From positions 20,232-52,231 of the forward strand of contig JAEOTO010000032.1 of assembly GCA_016839805.1 (NCBI GenBank): 32,000 nucleotides of DNA, written 5' to 3'. This DNA comes from Candidatus Hermodarchaeota archaeon (lineage in GTDB: Archaea; Asgardarchaeota; Hermodarchaeia; Hermodarchaeales; Hermodarchaeaceae). The number at the start of each line of letters is the position of its first letter. The first letter of the stretch is position 1. The notes under the pieces are model-generated. The model worked only from the letters and a program-made list of their open reading frames with translations, was not told the origin of the DNA and ran no database searches. A program made the position numbers and the translations under genes. Shown here one piece after another: positions 31,855 to 32,000 of this stretch.

Positions 31855-32000
31855 TTATTTGTAAAGTTCCTTTTCTTTTAAAGATTTGATCACTTCTACA
31901 TGTTTAAATGTGGACTCATTAAGTGAAGAGAGTCCATTTGAGAGGGCATGATGAAGAGCACCTTTTAAGACGCGGTCCTTTAAGTCACGACCTGAATATC
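31855..32000 (-). CDS. C-terminal 47 codons of an unidentified protein (gene continues beyond the window end)
   Basis: Manual minus-strand translation: ..YSGRDLKDRVLKGALHHALSNGLSSLNESTFKHVEVIKSLKEKELYK*, with TAA at 31855-31857. The frame is open to the window edge. Function not recognised. Confidence 0.4.
   Translation of the reverse strand, partial: YSGRDLKDRVLKGALHHALSNGLSSLNESTFKHVEVIKSLKEKELYK

Noticed and set aside
1-32000. Search for a CRISPR array, cas genes, integrase/recombinase, toxin-antitoxin or other recognisable defence modules
   Set aside because: None seen. Apart from the three TnpB genes, every sizeable ORF has a housekeeping or plausible conserved-hypothetical identity, and no spaced repeats of 24 nt or longer were noticed by eye.

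Overview
Archaeal chromosomal segment. Evidence: an archaeal/eukaryal-type information-processing gene set, intron-containing tRNAs, Shine-Dalgarno-led genes, and frequent GTG/TTG starts. It is dominated by housekeeping genes: rpoB (partial), rpiA, archaeal PPAT, TyrRS, DnaG, A-ATPase subunit D, NAC, PAN, MBF1, TFE, Pelota, site-2 protease and CutA. There is an unusually tRNA-centred complement: an EndA-family splicing endonuclease, Trm5/Taw2, aTrm56, TtuA/NcsA, Trm11/TrmG10 and RNase Z. RNA genes found by hand are 10 tRNA genes (all with encoded CCA, together carrying at least 11 introns, many at non-canonical D-loop, T-loop and anticodon-stem positions), a stand-alone 5S rRNA, an SRP (7S) RNA, and a 350-nt structured RNA that may be RNase P RNA. 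The only accessory content is three mutually divergent solo TnpB-family (IS200/IS605 OrfB) genes with no tnpA. All three lie on the minus strand within about 120 nt of a tRNA gene, and two are followed by long non-coding tails that are candidate guide (omega) RNAs. Points worth a second look: (1) a 450-aa divergent TnpB-like gene whose locus is bracketed by a 10-nt repeat of a tRNA-Thr 3' end; (2) the extreme tRNA intron load next to an EndA paralog whose catalytic His position is Thr; (3) a dnaG gene interrupted after FGQTEGL by a +1 frame change at AUU-UGA with a local hairpin; (4) a UPF0201-like gene with no canonical start codon (SD-positioned AUA/AUU, or an in-frame TAG after ATG). I saw no CRISPR array, cas genes, integrase or recognisable defence genes.
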